Shown: positions 1 through 7,498 of the stretch, in pieces
How the letters are laid out: each line of letters begins with the position of its first letter
How positions within the stretch are numbered: the first letter of the stretch is position 1
Assembly: GCF_003600355.1 (NCBI RefSeq)
Contig: NZ_CP032416.1
Location: forward strand, 306,183-330,182
DNA: 24,000 bases
Reading direction: 5' to 3'
DNA from: Clostridium fermenticellae
GTDB taxonomy: Bacteria > Bacillota > Clostridia > Clostridiales > Clostridiaceae
The notes under the pieces: model-generated
Databases searched by the model: none
Told to the model about the DNA's origin: nothing
Seen by the model: only the letters and a program-made list of their open reading frames with translations
Program-made: the position numbers and the translations under genes

Positions 1-176
1 AAAGTATTGCACTTAGTTAATTCAGATATTTCTTTGTCATCCAACTGAGGTTTTCTAAAACAGTATTCATAAATTGTATTATCATCATTTTTTAAAAGAT
101 TTTTAAGTTCCTTTAATATGTAACCAGAGGCGCTGTTTTTAAATTTAGGACTCCCATTTATAAGAGCTATTTTCAT
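1..176 (-). CDS. Flavodoxin-like / NAD(P)H-dependent FMN reductase family protein, N-terminal fragment (continues past window start)
   Basis: Absent from the ORF track (<60 aa). The reverse complement of 176..3 reads MKIALINGSPKFKNSASGYILKELKNLLKNDDNTIYEYCFRKPQLDDKEISELTKCNT with no stop. The 'ALINGSP(K/R)' N-terminus is typical of FMN-reductase/flavodoxin_2 folds. A GGAGG (186..190, minus strand) lies 10 nt upstream. The ATG overlaps the TGA of the upstream gene (ATGA at 173..176). Confidence 0.55.
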   Translation of the reverse strand, partial: MKIALINGSPKFKNSASGYILKELKNLLKNDDNTIYEYCFRKPQLDDKEISELTKCNT

Positions 177-676
177 ATTATACCTGCCTCCAATTCTGTA
201 ATGTCATGAATAAATGTGATTCCTGTGACATTGCAATACAGATTGATTGAATTTGCTTTTATTAACTTTTTAGCAGTTTGTTTTTCTTTTTTTGTCATAG
301 CATTGCTATAAAAATATACTCTCATATTTATATTATTCTGATATCTTCTCATATGATGCATTTCTTTATTTCGTATTACAAAATTAGGCAGTATATAAGA
401 TATACTTCGATCTAATACATTCTTAATGAATGGACTAAACCCGCCATAACAACATTTGCTTATGATAATTAATTCATTACATTTTGACAGAAGCTCTCCC
501 ATATCTCCATAATTATCACGTATCACACAAGCTGCAGGTGTTTTTACCCAGCAGCCAAAACATCCTGTACAATTATGGATTATTCCGTCATTCGAAATAA
601 TCTCTGTATCTTTTAATGGATCCGGAAATAATTTTTGAAAGTCACTTATTTCCAAATCATGTATTATTAATTTCAT
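173..676 (-). CDS. Flavodoxin-fold protein with compact 4-Cys motif (iron-sulfur flavoprotein-like)
   Basis: ORF track gives 173..682. The first codon at 682 is TTG and sits too close to the GAGG (685..688, minus). The ATG at 676 (MKLIIHDL...) lies 8 nt after it and is preferred. CTGCFGCWVKTPAAC is C-x2-C-x2-C-x7-C, the compact cluster motif known from iron-sulfur flavoproteins. The gene is translationally coupled to the downstream flavodoxin-like gene. Confidence 0.7.
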   Translation of the reverse strand: MKLIIHDLEISDFQKLFPDPLKDTEIISNDGIIHNCTGCFGCWVKTPAACVIRDNYGDMGELLSKCNELIIISKCCYGGFSPFIKNVLDRSISYILPNFVIRNKEMHHMRRYQNNINMRVYFYSNAMTKKEKQTAKKLIKANSINLYCNVTGITFIHDITELEAGII

Positions 677-745
677 TTTCAATACCTCGTTTATTTATAA
701 TTATACCATTTAAACTCCATTATGGTTACTAACTTTTGTAAACCA

Positions 746-1018
746 TTTTATTTATAGGGTTTGTAATTACAAGCTTAAATTATACTTCAGTTGACATTTC
801 CAAAATTCGTCACCTAAAAAATTTCTAGTAAGTCTAAGTTTGTATTTATAAAAATCTAAGCAGATTTTATAAACTCGCAGACTCAAACATATAAAATCTA
901 CTAAGATTTTCAAAAATGCTTCACTAAAACTTACTAAAAAATTTTTTAATGTGCCTACATTTTGGAAATGTCAGCTTACGTATAACTTAATCCTGGAATT
1001 ACAAACCCCATAAATAAA
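746..1018 (+). repeat. Long-hairpin intergenic repeat, subfamily 1, full-length copy A (about 273 bp imperfect palindrome)
   Basis: Left end TTTATTTATAGGGTTTGTAATTACAAGCTTAA pairs with right end TTAATCCTGGAATTACAAACCCCATAAATAAA. The inner box TGACATTTCCAAAAT pairs with ATTTTGGAAATGTCA. The central apex AAACTCGCAGACTCAAAC (871..888) sits exactly at the midpoint. The element is collinear with 12946..13209, with roughly nine of ten positions identical by eye. No ORF. Confidence 0.9.
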
Positions 1019-1098
1019 GACATTTTTAAAAATAAGCAGATATGGAGTAAATAAGTAATTAAATAAAGTAAGGCTGGCAGATGACCTAACTTTATACA

Positions 1099-1127
1099 TG
1101 TACACTTAAAAAATCGTATGCTAAAAT
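1099..1127 (+). promoter_or_regulatory. Candidate sigma-A promoter of the asparaginase operon
   Basis: Extended -10 TGcTAAAAT at 1119..1127. TGTACA at 1099..1104 (4/6 match to TTGACA) with a 17-nt spacer. This would give a leader of about 25 nt to the ATG at 1159. Confidence 0.4.
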
Positions 1128-1158
1128 TAAGTTAATTTAAATGAGAAGGGGCAGGTCA

Positions 1159-2139
1159 ATGAAAAGAGTTATTGTTATATTTACCGGCGGAACGATATCC
1201 ATGAAAAAAAATGAGAGTAATAGATCAATGCCATCTATGAGTGGAGAGGATATATTAAAAATTATTCCGGGAATAGATGAAGCTGCCAATGTGGATTGCA
1301 TGGATTTTTCAAAAATATCAGGTCAGCAAATGCCTCCAGAAAAGATGTTTGAGCTGTCCGGTGTAATAAATAAAAAGATTAAAAATGGAGGATATGACGG
1401 AATAGTTGTTACTCATGGTACCGATTCAATTGAAGAAACTGCATATCTTGTGGATTTAACCTATAATGAATCAAAACCGGTAGTATTTGTAGGGGCAATG
1501 AAAATAAGTTCTGATCCCGGATGGGATGGGGCAGGCAATTTGATAGATGCAGTCAAGGTAGCAGCATCAGATGATGCAAGAAGTAGAGGTGTTATGCTTG
1601 TTATGAATAAAGAAATACATGTGGCATCTCAAGTTACAAAGACTAATACATGTTCTCTTAATACATTTAGAAGTTTGGATTTCGGACCAATAGGATATGT
1701 GGACAATGGAAAGCCATATTTTTACTATAAATATACTAAAAGGCAATATATTGATACAGATAAAATTGATACTAAAGTAGATCTTATAAAGACATGCTGT
1801 GGTATGGATGATAAAATGTTAAAATTCTGTATTGATTCAGGAAGCCATGGAATAATAATTGAAGGAATGGGAAGAGGCAATATTCCTCCAAAAATGGTAA
1901 GAGGTGTTGAGTACGCAATAGAGAAAAATGTTCCTGTAGTTCTAGTATCGAGATGTATATCAGGAAAGGTCACCGATGATTATGGTGATGAGGGTTCAGG
2001 AGGAGAACTTAGGGAAAAAGGAGTGATCTTTGGAGATAACCTTCCCGGACAAAAAGCTAGAATAAAGCTGATGGCTGCTCTAGGATATACAAAAAATGTG
2101 GCTGAAATAAAGAAGATTTTTGAGGAAAATTATTATTAA
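1159..2139 (+). CDS. ansA: L-asparaginase, type I (cytoplasmic)
   Basis: VIVIFTGGTISM (catalytic Thr motif TGGTI) and VVTHGTDSIEETA (HGTD motif). About 326 aa. GAAGGGG lies 8 nt before the ATG at 1159, so the track start at 1141 is probably an over-extension. Confidence 0.88.
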   Translation: MKRVIVIFTGGTISMKKNESNRSMPSMSGEDILKIIPGIDEAANVDCMDFSKISGQQMPPEKMFELSGVINKKIKNGGYDGIVVTHGTDSIEETAYLVDLTYNESKPVVFVGAMKISSDPGWDGAGNLIDAVKVAASDDARSRGVMLVMNKEIHVASQVTKTNTCSLNTFRSLDFGPIGYVDNGKPYFYYKYTKRQYIDTDKIDTKVDLIKTCCGMDDKMLKFCIDSGSHGIIIEGMGRGNIPPKMVRGVEYAIEKNVPVVLVSRCISGKVTDDYGDEGSGGELREKGVIFGDNLPGQKARIKLMAALGYTKNVAEIKKIFEENYY

Positions 2140-2159
2140 TAATAGAAGGTGAGCCGGCA

Positions 2160-2618
2160 GTGGATAGTACTGATTACAATATAATAAAAATATTACTCGA
2201 AGATGGAAGAATATCTATGAAAGAACTGGCAAAAAAAGTGTCTTTAAGTCCTCCGGCAGTTGCAGAAAGAATGAAAAGACTTGAAGATGCAGATATTATA
2301 TCCGGATACAAGGCAGTTATAAACTATAAGAAACTAGGCAAAACTATCGATGTACTTATAAATGTAGACATGAAGGTTCAGAAAACGGCAAAGTTTATGG
2401 AATTTATAAAGCATGAGGATTCTATAGTTGAATGTCATCATGTTACAGGACCTTATTGTAAAATATTGAAGGCAAGGGTAAGTGATATCAAAAGTCTTGA
2501 GATACTTGTTGAAAAAATACAGAGATTTGGGAACACAGAAACGTTTATAGTGCTCTCTTCAGTTGTAAAAAATCAGATAGAATTTGGTTCTGACGAAAAA
2601 TTAGATAAAGATAAATAA
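2160..2618 (+). CDS. Lrp/AsnC family transcriptional regulator
   Basis: GTG start with AAGGTGA upstream. The N-terminal winged-HTH pattern LDSTDYNIIKILLEDGRISMKELAKKVSLSPPAVAERMKRLEDADII and a C-terminal RAM/AsnC_trans_reg-like domain are present. 152 aa is typical of the family. Confidence 0.88.
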   Translation: MDSTDYNIIKILLEDGRISMKELAKKVSLSPPAVAERMKRLEDADIISGYKAVINYKKLGKTIDVLINVDMKVQKTAKFMEFIKHEDSIVECHHVTGPYCKILKARVSDIKSLEILVEKIQRFGNTETFIVLSSVVKNQIEFGSDEKLDKDK

Positions 2619-2632
2619 TTAGGAGGGAAATT

Positions 2633-4270
2633 ATGGGAAATTGTAATCTTCAACGTGAGGAAATAGAAAGAGTTTATGGAAAAATAAGTCCTTTTGAACT
2701 TAAAAACAGGCTTATAAACCTGGCAGGAGAGGCAAAAAAAAGAGAAGCTCATACACTTTTAGATGCCGGAAGGGGAAATCCCAATTGGATTGCGGCATCA
2801 CCAAGGGAAGCTTTCTTTACATTTGGACAATTTGCTGTAGAAGAGAGTAGAAGAACCTGGAACGATAATGATTTAGGCGGTATGCCTAAAAAAGATGGAA
2901 TTGCAAAACGTTTCCTTGAATTTATAGATAGAAGTAAAAATGCAAAGGGAACTGAACTTTTGAAGAAAATGATAAACTATGGTGTTACAATAAAAAGATT
3001 TGATCCAGATGATTGGATATATGAACTTGCAGACGGAATAATAGGGGATAACTACCCTGTTCCGGATAGAATGCTTAAGCATGTAGAGAGTATTGTACAT
3101 GATTATTTAATTCAGGAATTATGTTATAATGAGCCGCTTGAAAGAAAGTTTGATCTCTTTGCGGTAGAAGGTGCTACTGCGGGAATGTGTTATATTTTTG
3201 ACAGTTTGATTGCAAATAATATATTGTCAAAGGGAGATAAAATTGCAATTATGGCTCCTATTTTCACCCCTTATCTCGAGATACCACACCTTCCAAGGTA
3301 TAATTTTGAAGTCGTGGAGGTGGTGGCAAATGAGGAATATAAAGATGGCACGTGCAGTGGACAGTATTCCGATGAAGAACTTCAAAAATTGTGCGATCCA
3401 AATATAAAAGCACTATTTGTTGTAAATCCAAGCAATCCACCATCTGTTGCAATTAAACCTCAAATAGTAAGTTACTTAAAGGAGATAGTTGAAAAACATA
3501 ATCCTGATCTTATGATCATTTCGGACGATGTTTATGGTACATTTGTAGATAATTTTCATTCTTTAATGGCAGATCTGCCTTATAATACAATAGGAGTTTA
3601 TTCATTCTCAAAGTACTTTGGAGTGACTGGCTGGAGACTTGGAACAATAGCATTATATGAAGACAATGTATTTGATAAACATTTAAAAGAACTTGACTGC
3701 GATAAAAAAGAGAGGGCGGCAAGGAGATATGCAGCGTTATCAACTAACCCGGAGACAATACCATTTATTGATAGAATTGTCGCAGACAGCAGACAGGTTG
3801 CATTAAATCATACAGCAGGATTGTCAACGCCCCAGCAGGTTCAGATGGCATTTTTCTCATTATTTGCATTGGTAGACAAAGGAGACAGGTATAAAAAACT
3901 CACAAGGAGTATATGTCACAGACGCCAAAAATTATTGTTTGACGGACTTGGACTTAAAGTGAATGATAATCCTTATGACGCTGCTTATTACACGCAGTTT
4001 GACCTCCTTGAATGGGCAAAACATAATTATAGTGAAGAATTTGTGAGATATCTTGAAAGCAATTACAAACCGATTGATGTGTTAATGAAACTTGCAGAAG
4101 AATCATCAATTGTACTTTTGGGTGGAAGTGGTTTTCACGGACCAGAGTGGTCTATAAGAATATCACTTGCAAACCTCAGTGACGAGTCCTATTCTGTCAT
4201 CGGAGAGGTAATTCACAAGATACTGGAAGGTTATGCACAGGAGTGGAAAAAATCAAAACCTATTTTATAA
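2633..4270 (+). CDS. asdA: Aspartate 4-decarboxylase (bifunctional aspartate aminotransferase/aspartate beta-decarboxylase)
   Basis: 545 aa fold-type I PLP enzyme. PLP-lysine motif YSFSKYFGVTGWRLG. The N-terminal ISPFELKN...LLDAGRGNPNW and the extra length (versus about 400-aa class I aminotransferases) are characteristic of AsdA/AspD. AGGAGGG lies 6 nt before the ATG. Confidence 0.8.
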   Translation: MGNCNLQREEIERVYGKISPFELKNRLINLAGEAKKREAHTLLDAGRGNPNWIAASPREAFFTFGQFAVEESRRTWNDNDLGGMPKKDGIAKRFLEFIDRSKNAKGTELLKKMINYGVTIKRFDPDDWIYELADGIIGDNYPVPDRMLKHVESIVHDYLIQELCYNEPLERKFDLFAVEGATAGMCYIFDSLIANNILSKGDKIAIMAPIFTPYLEIPHLPRYNFEVVEVVANEEYKDGTCSGQYSDEELQKLCDPNIKALFVVNPSNPPSVAIKPQIVSYLKEIVEKHNPDLMIISDDVYGTFVDNFHSLMADLPYNTIGVYSFSKYFGVTGWRLGTIALYEDNVFDKHLKELDCDKKERAARRYAALSTNPETIPFIDRIVADSRQVALNHTAGLSTPQQVQMAFFSLFALVDKGDRYKKLTRSICHRRQKLLFDGLGLKVNDNPYDAAYYTQFDLLEWAKHNYSEEFVRYLESNYKPIDVLMKLAEESSIVLLGGSGFHGPEWSIRISLANLSDESYSVIGEVIHKILEGYAQEWKKSKPIL

Positions 4271-4345
4271 TAAAATAGGTGGGGCGAATTTATTACCCGC
4301 TAAGTAGTTACTTATTAAGGTTTATGTTTAAGAATTTTTAATTAA

Positions 4346-4388
4346 AAAAATGCACACTTCCGCAAGTAGAGTGCATTTTTAGTTTTTT
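4346..4388 (+). terminator. Rho-independent terminator of the ansA-asnC-asdA operon
   Basis: Stem TGCACACT (4351..4358) pairs with AGAGTGCA (4368..4375) with one mismatch. It is followed by TTTTTAGTTTTTT and preceded by an A-run, so it may act bidirectionally. Confidence 0.75.
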
Positions 4389-4482
4389 GAGTTTTTTCTT
4401 TAAATACGAAGAAAATAGGAGCATATAAGATATATTATAGTTAATTGAACTTATGCAATTAAATACTAAAGTTAAAATATAT

Positions 4483-4511
4483 TAGAAAATGTTTTCAGGT
4501 TATGATATAAT
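4483..4511 (+). promoter_or_regulatory. Candidate sigma-A promoter of the NTPase/oxidoreductase operon
   Basis: Extended -10 TGaTATAAT at 4503..4511. TAGAAA at 4483..4488 with a 17-nt spacer. Confidence 0.45.
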
Positions 4512-4519
4512 ATAGATGA

Positions 4520-4620
4520 AAATAGAAATAATTCATCGAAGCCAAAAAATGAATAAAAAAATTCATACACTCAAAATACTGCATTATTTGAATTGGCTTT
4601 TTTGAATGGATTTCTATTAA
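4520..4620 (+). promoter_or_regulatory. Structured, AU-rich 5' leader (multi-stem) upstream of the NTPase gene
   Basis: Outer stem AATAGAAAT (4522..4530) pairs with ATTTCTATT (4610..4618). Second stem AAGCCAA (4540..4546) pairs with TTGGCTT (4593..4599). Inner hairpin ATGAAT-AAAAAA-ATTCAT (4549..4566). I recognise no known riboswitch motif. Confidence 0.3.
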
Positions 4621-4682
4621 ATTATATAAAATTAATTGAATACGTTTACTTGAAATGTTTCTTAATGTAAGAGGTGATTTAT

Positions 4683-5345
4683 ATGAGCCGTATAAATATT
4701 TTAACGGGACATGCTGGCAGTGGAAAAACTGAGATAGCCATAAATTGTGCAGTTAACTTAGCTAAACGCGGGGAAAAAGTTGCAGTTGTAGATATGGATA
4801 TTGTAAACCCGTATTTTTGTATCAGAGATATAAAAAAAGAACTTGAAGACACCGGCGTAAGGGTTATAGCTGCAGATGCAAAGCTTTCAAATGCAGAGCT
4901 CATGGTAGTGCCACCAGAAGTCATATCGGTATTTGACGATAAAAGTTATAAAGTCATTATGGATGTAGGTGGAGATGATAGAGGAGCCATAGTCTTAGGC
5001 CAGTATAACGGATATTTTAAAAAAGAAGAGTATTCAATGTATTTTGTTATAAACAATAACAGGCCATTAACCATTCAAAATAAAAGCGTAGAAGATTATA
5101 TGCAATCCATAGAAAGAGCTTCAAGGCTCAAAGTAACACACCTTATATCAAACACAAATATGTCATATGAGACGACCCCGTTAGATATAATAAAAGGGGA
5201 CGGGAAAGTTTTAGAATTGTCTCAAAAAATCAATATACCATACAAATATGTAGTTTGCTTAAAGAAGCTTGAAGAAGAAGTAAAAAATAAAGTTCATGCA
5301 GAATTACTTACAATAGATACTTATATGAAGCCGCCTTGGGCGTAA
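4683..5345 (+). CDS. P-loop NTPase of unknown function (SIMIBI/MinD-GPN-like)
   Basis: Walker A GHAGSGKT near the N-terminus and a Walker-B-like hydrophobic strand VIMDVGGDD. AGAGGTG lies 6 nt before the ATG at 4683, so the track start at 4674 is probably too early. It is the first gene before the oxidoreductase cluster. Confidence 0.7.
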   Translation: MSRINILTGHAGSGKTEIAINCAVNLAKRGEKVAVVDMDIVNPYFCIRDIKKELEDTGVRVIAADAKLSNAELMVVPPEVISVFDDKSYKVIMDVGGDDRGAIVLGQYNGYFKKEEYSMYFVINNNRPLTIQNKSVEDYMQSIERASRLKVTHLISNTNMSYETTPLDIIKGDGKVLELSQKINIPYKYVVCLKKLEEEVKNKVHAELLTIDTYMKPPWA

Positions 5346-5366
5346 AATATAATTTTATTTCGACTG

Positions 5367-5400
5367 TTTCGCGGATATATGTAAAAGTATATTTGCGAAA
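5367..5400 (+). promoter_or_regulatory. Intercistronic palindrome TTTCGCGGATATA-N8-TATATTTGCGAAA
   Basis: The inverted repeat TTTCGC..GCGAAA with ATATA/TATAT extensions lies between the NTPase stop (5345) and the ferredoxin-subunit start (5447). There is no U-tail. It could be an operator or an mRNA processing/stability hairpin. Confidence 0.25.
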
Positions 5401-5446
5401 TTATATAAATAATATGTTTTATAAAATTTAGGGAGGGAGTTTTGTT

Positions 5447-5656
5447 ATGCCAAAAGTAACTTTTAGGGAAGAAAGATGCAAAGGCTGTGGGCATTGTATA
5501 AATGCGTGTCCTAAGAAAATCATAGATTTTTCAAGTAAACTTAATTCCAAAGGATATCATCCAGCAGCAATAATTAAAGACAAAGCTAAAGAGTGTATAG
5601 CATGTGCATCATGTGCAAGAATATGTCCTGACTGTGTAATAACAGTTGAAAAGTAA
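5447..5656 (+). CDS. 2-oxoacid:ferredoxin oxidoreductase delta subunit (2x[4Fe-4S] ferredoxin)
   Basis: Two CxxCxxCxxxCP motifs (CKGCGHCINACP, CIACASCARICP). 69 aa. Strong RBS GGGAGGGAG. Confidence 0.9.
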   Translation: MPKVTFREERCKGCGHCINACPKKIIDFSSKLNSKGYHPAAIIKDKAKECIACASCARICPDCVITVEK

Positions 5657-5677
5657 ATAAAAGGAGGGTTCTTTTAT

Positions 5678-6748
5678 ATGGGAGATAAGGTATTAATAAA
5701 AGGTAGTGAAGCAATTGGCGAAGCTGCAATAAGAGCTAACTGCAAAGCATTTTTTGGTTACCCTATAACACCGCAGACAGAAGTTGCGGCTTATATGTCA
5801 AAGAAAATGCCTAAAATAGGAAGAATATTTATACAGGCAGAGAGCGAAATAGCTGCTATAAATATGGTATATGGAGCAGCAGGAAGTGGAGTTAGATGTA
5901 TGACTTCATCAAGTTCCCCTGGAATAAGTTTGAAATCAGAAGGAATATCATATATTGCGGGAGCAGAACTTCCATGTGTAATAATAAATATAGTAAGAGG
6001 CGGTCCTGGACTTGGAAGTATACAGCCTGCTCAGTCAGATTATTTTCAAGCAACAAAAGGTGGAGGCCATGGTGATTACAGGATGCCCGTATTTGCACCA
6101 TCATCAGTACAGGAAATGGTTGATGTACTTCAGGATGCTTTTGATGTAGCAGACACTTATAGAACTCCATGTATGGTAATGGGTGATGGAATGCTTGGAC
6201 AGATGATGGAACCAGTAGAATTCAAAGAGAGAAAACAAAGAAAACTGCCGGAGAAAGATTGGGCAGCTAATGGACTTGGAGGCAGAAAAGAGCATAATAT
6301 CATAAATTCCTTGTACCTCTCACCAGAAGTACTTGAGCAGCACAACATACATCTTCAAAAGAAATTCAAAAAAATAGAAGAAGAAGAAGTAAGATATGAA
6401 ACATTCAACTGTGACAGTGAGTGTGATCTTATAATGGTTGCGTATGGAACAACCTCAAGAATATGCAGAAATGTAATAAAGCTTGCAGAGAAAAAGGGAA
6501 TAAAACTAGGACTTATAAGACCTATAACTCTTTGGCCATTCCCGAATGAAGCATTTGAAAAGACAGTAGATAAAACTAAATATGGCTATCTCTCAGTAGA
6601 GATGAGCTGTGGACAAATGGTCGAAGATGTAAGGCTTAGTGTAAATGGGAAAAAACCTGTATATTTTTATGGGAGAACTGGAGGAATGGTTCCAGATCCT
6701 CAAGGTATATTTGAGAAGGTTGAAAGTATAATAGGAGGTGTGAAATAA
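5678..6748 (+). CDS. 2-oxoacid:ferredoxin oxidoreductase alpha subunit (KorA/VorB type)
   Basis: N-terminal GSEAIGEAAIRANCKAFFGYPITPQTE, typical of the alpha (pyrimidine-binding) subunit. 356 aa. RBS AAGGAGGG. Substrate (2-oxoglutarate versus branched-chain 2-oxoacids) cannot be decided by eye. Confidence 0.9.
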   Translation: MGDKVLIKGSEAIGEAAIRANCKAFFGYPITPQTEVAAYMSKKMPKIGRIFIQAESEIAAINMVYGAAGSGVRCMTSSSSPGISLKSEGISYIAGAELPCVIINIVRGGPGLGSIQPAQSDYFQATKGGGHGDYRMPVFAPSSVQEMVDVLQDAFDVADTYRTPCMVMGDGMLGQMMEPVEFKERKQRKLPEKDWAANGLGGRKEHNIINSLYLSPEVLEQHNIHLQKKFKKIEEEEVRYETFNCDSECDLIMVAYGTTSRICRNVIKLAEKKGIKLGLIRPITLWPFPNEAFEKTVDKTKYGYLSVEMSCGQMVEDVRLSVNGKKPVYFYGRTGGMVPDPQGIFEKVESIIGGVK

Positions 6749-7497
6749 TGACTGTAGTATATGAGCCACCTAAAGCATTACTTGATGTACCAACACATTA
6801 TTGTCCTGGATGTACTCATGGAATAATTCATAAGTTGGTAGCTGAAGTTATTGATGAACTTGGAATACTTGATAAAACAATAGGAGTTGCACCTGTTGGA
6901 TGTTCTGTACTTGCCTATAACTATTTTGCATGTGATATGTTTGAAGCTGCCCATGGCAGAGCACCTGCATGTGCTACAGGTATAAAGAGAACAAATCCGG
7001 ATAAAGTTGTATTTACTTATCAGGGAGATGGAGATCTTGCAGCCATAGGTACTGCAGAGATAGTACACGCAGCTACAAGAGGCGAAAATATATCAACTAT
7101 ATTTGTAAACAACTGTATATATGGTATGACAGGAGGACAGATGGCACCGACAACACTTCCAGGACAGGTTACAGAAACGACACCATATGGAAGAGATACA
7201 GAGTTAGCTGGATATCCGATAAGGGTTTCGGAAATGATATCCACATTAACTGGTGCTTGTTATGTTGAGAGAGTTTCTGTAGACACTGTACCTAACATAT
7301 TAAAAGCAAAGAAAGCAATAAAAAAAGCATTTCAAAATCAATTGGACGGAAAAGGTTTTTCACTCATAGAAGTACTTTCCATATGCCCAACTAACTGGGG
7401 ACTTGCACCTTCAGAGGCAATGGACTGGCTCAGGGATAATATGATTCCATACTATCCGCTTGGAATAAAAAAAGATACAACTTCGGAGGTGAAATAA
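6748..7497 (+). CDS. 2-oxoacid:ferredoxin oxidoreductase beta subunit (TPP-binding)
   Basis: The Cys-containing N-terminus YCPGCTHG and the TPP motif GDGDLAAIGTAEIVHAATRGENISTIFVNN are present. The start overlaps the alpha subunit stop (TAATG). Confidence 0.9.
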   Translation: MTVVYEPPKALLDVPTHYCPGCTHGIIHKLVAEVIDELGILDKTIGVAPVGCSVLAYNYFACDMFEAAHGRAPACATGIKRTNPDKVVFTYQGDGDLAAIGTAEIVHAATRGENISTIFVNNCIYGMTGGQMAPTTLPGQVTETTPYGRDTELAGYPIRVSEMISTLTGACYVERVSVDTVPNILKAKKAIKKAFQNQLDGKGFSLIEVLSICPTNWGLAPSEAMDWLRDNMIPYYPLGIKKDTTSEVK

Positions 7498-7498
7498 T

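Noticed and set aside
938-979. Short conserved ORF inside repeat copies A and B (MCLHFGNVSLRIT; in copy B MCLHFGSVSLCIT at about 13146)
   Set aside because: Its conservation is explained by the DNA repeat itself. There is no RBS, it is only 13 codons long, and it is absent from subfamily 2.
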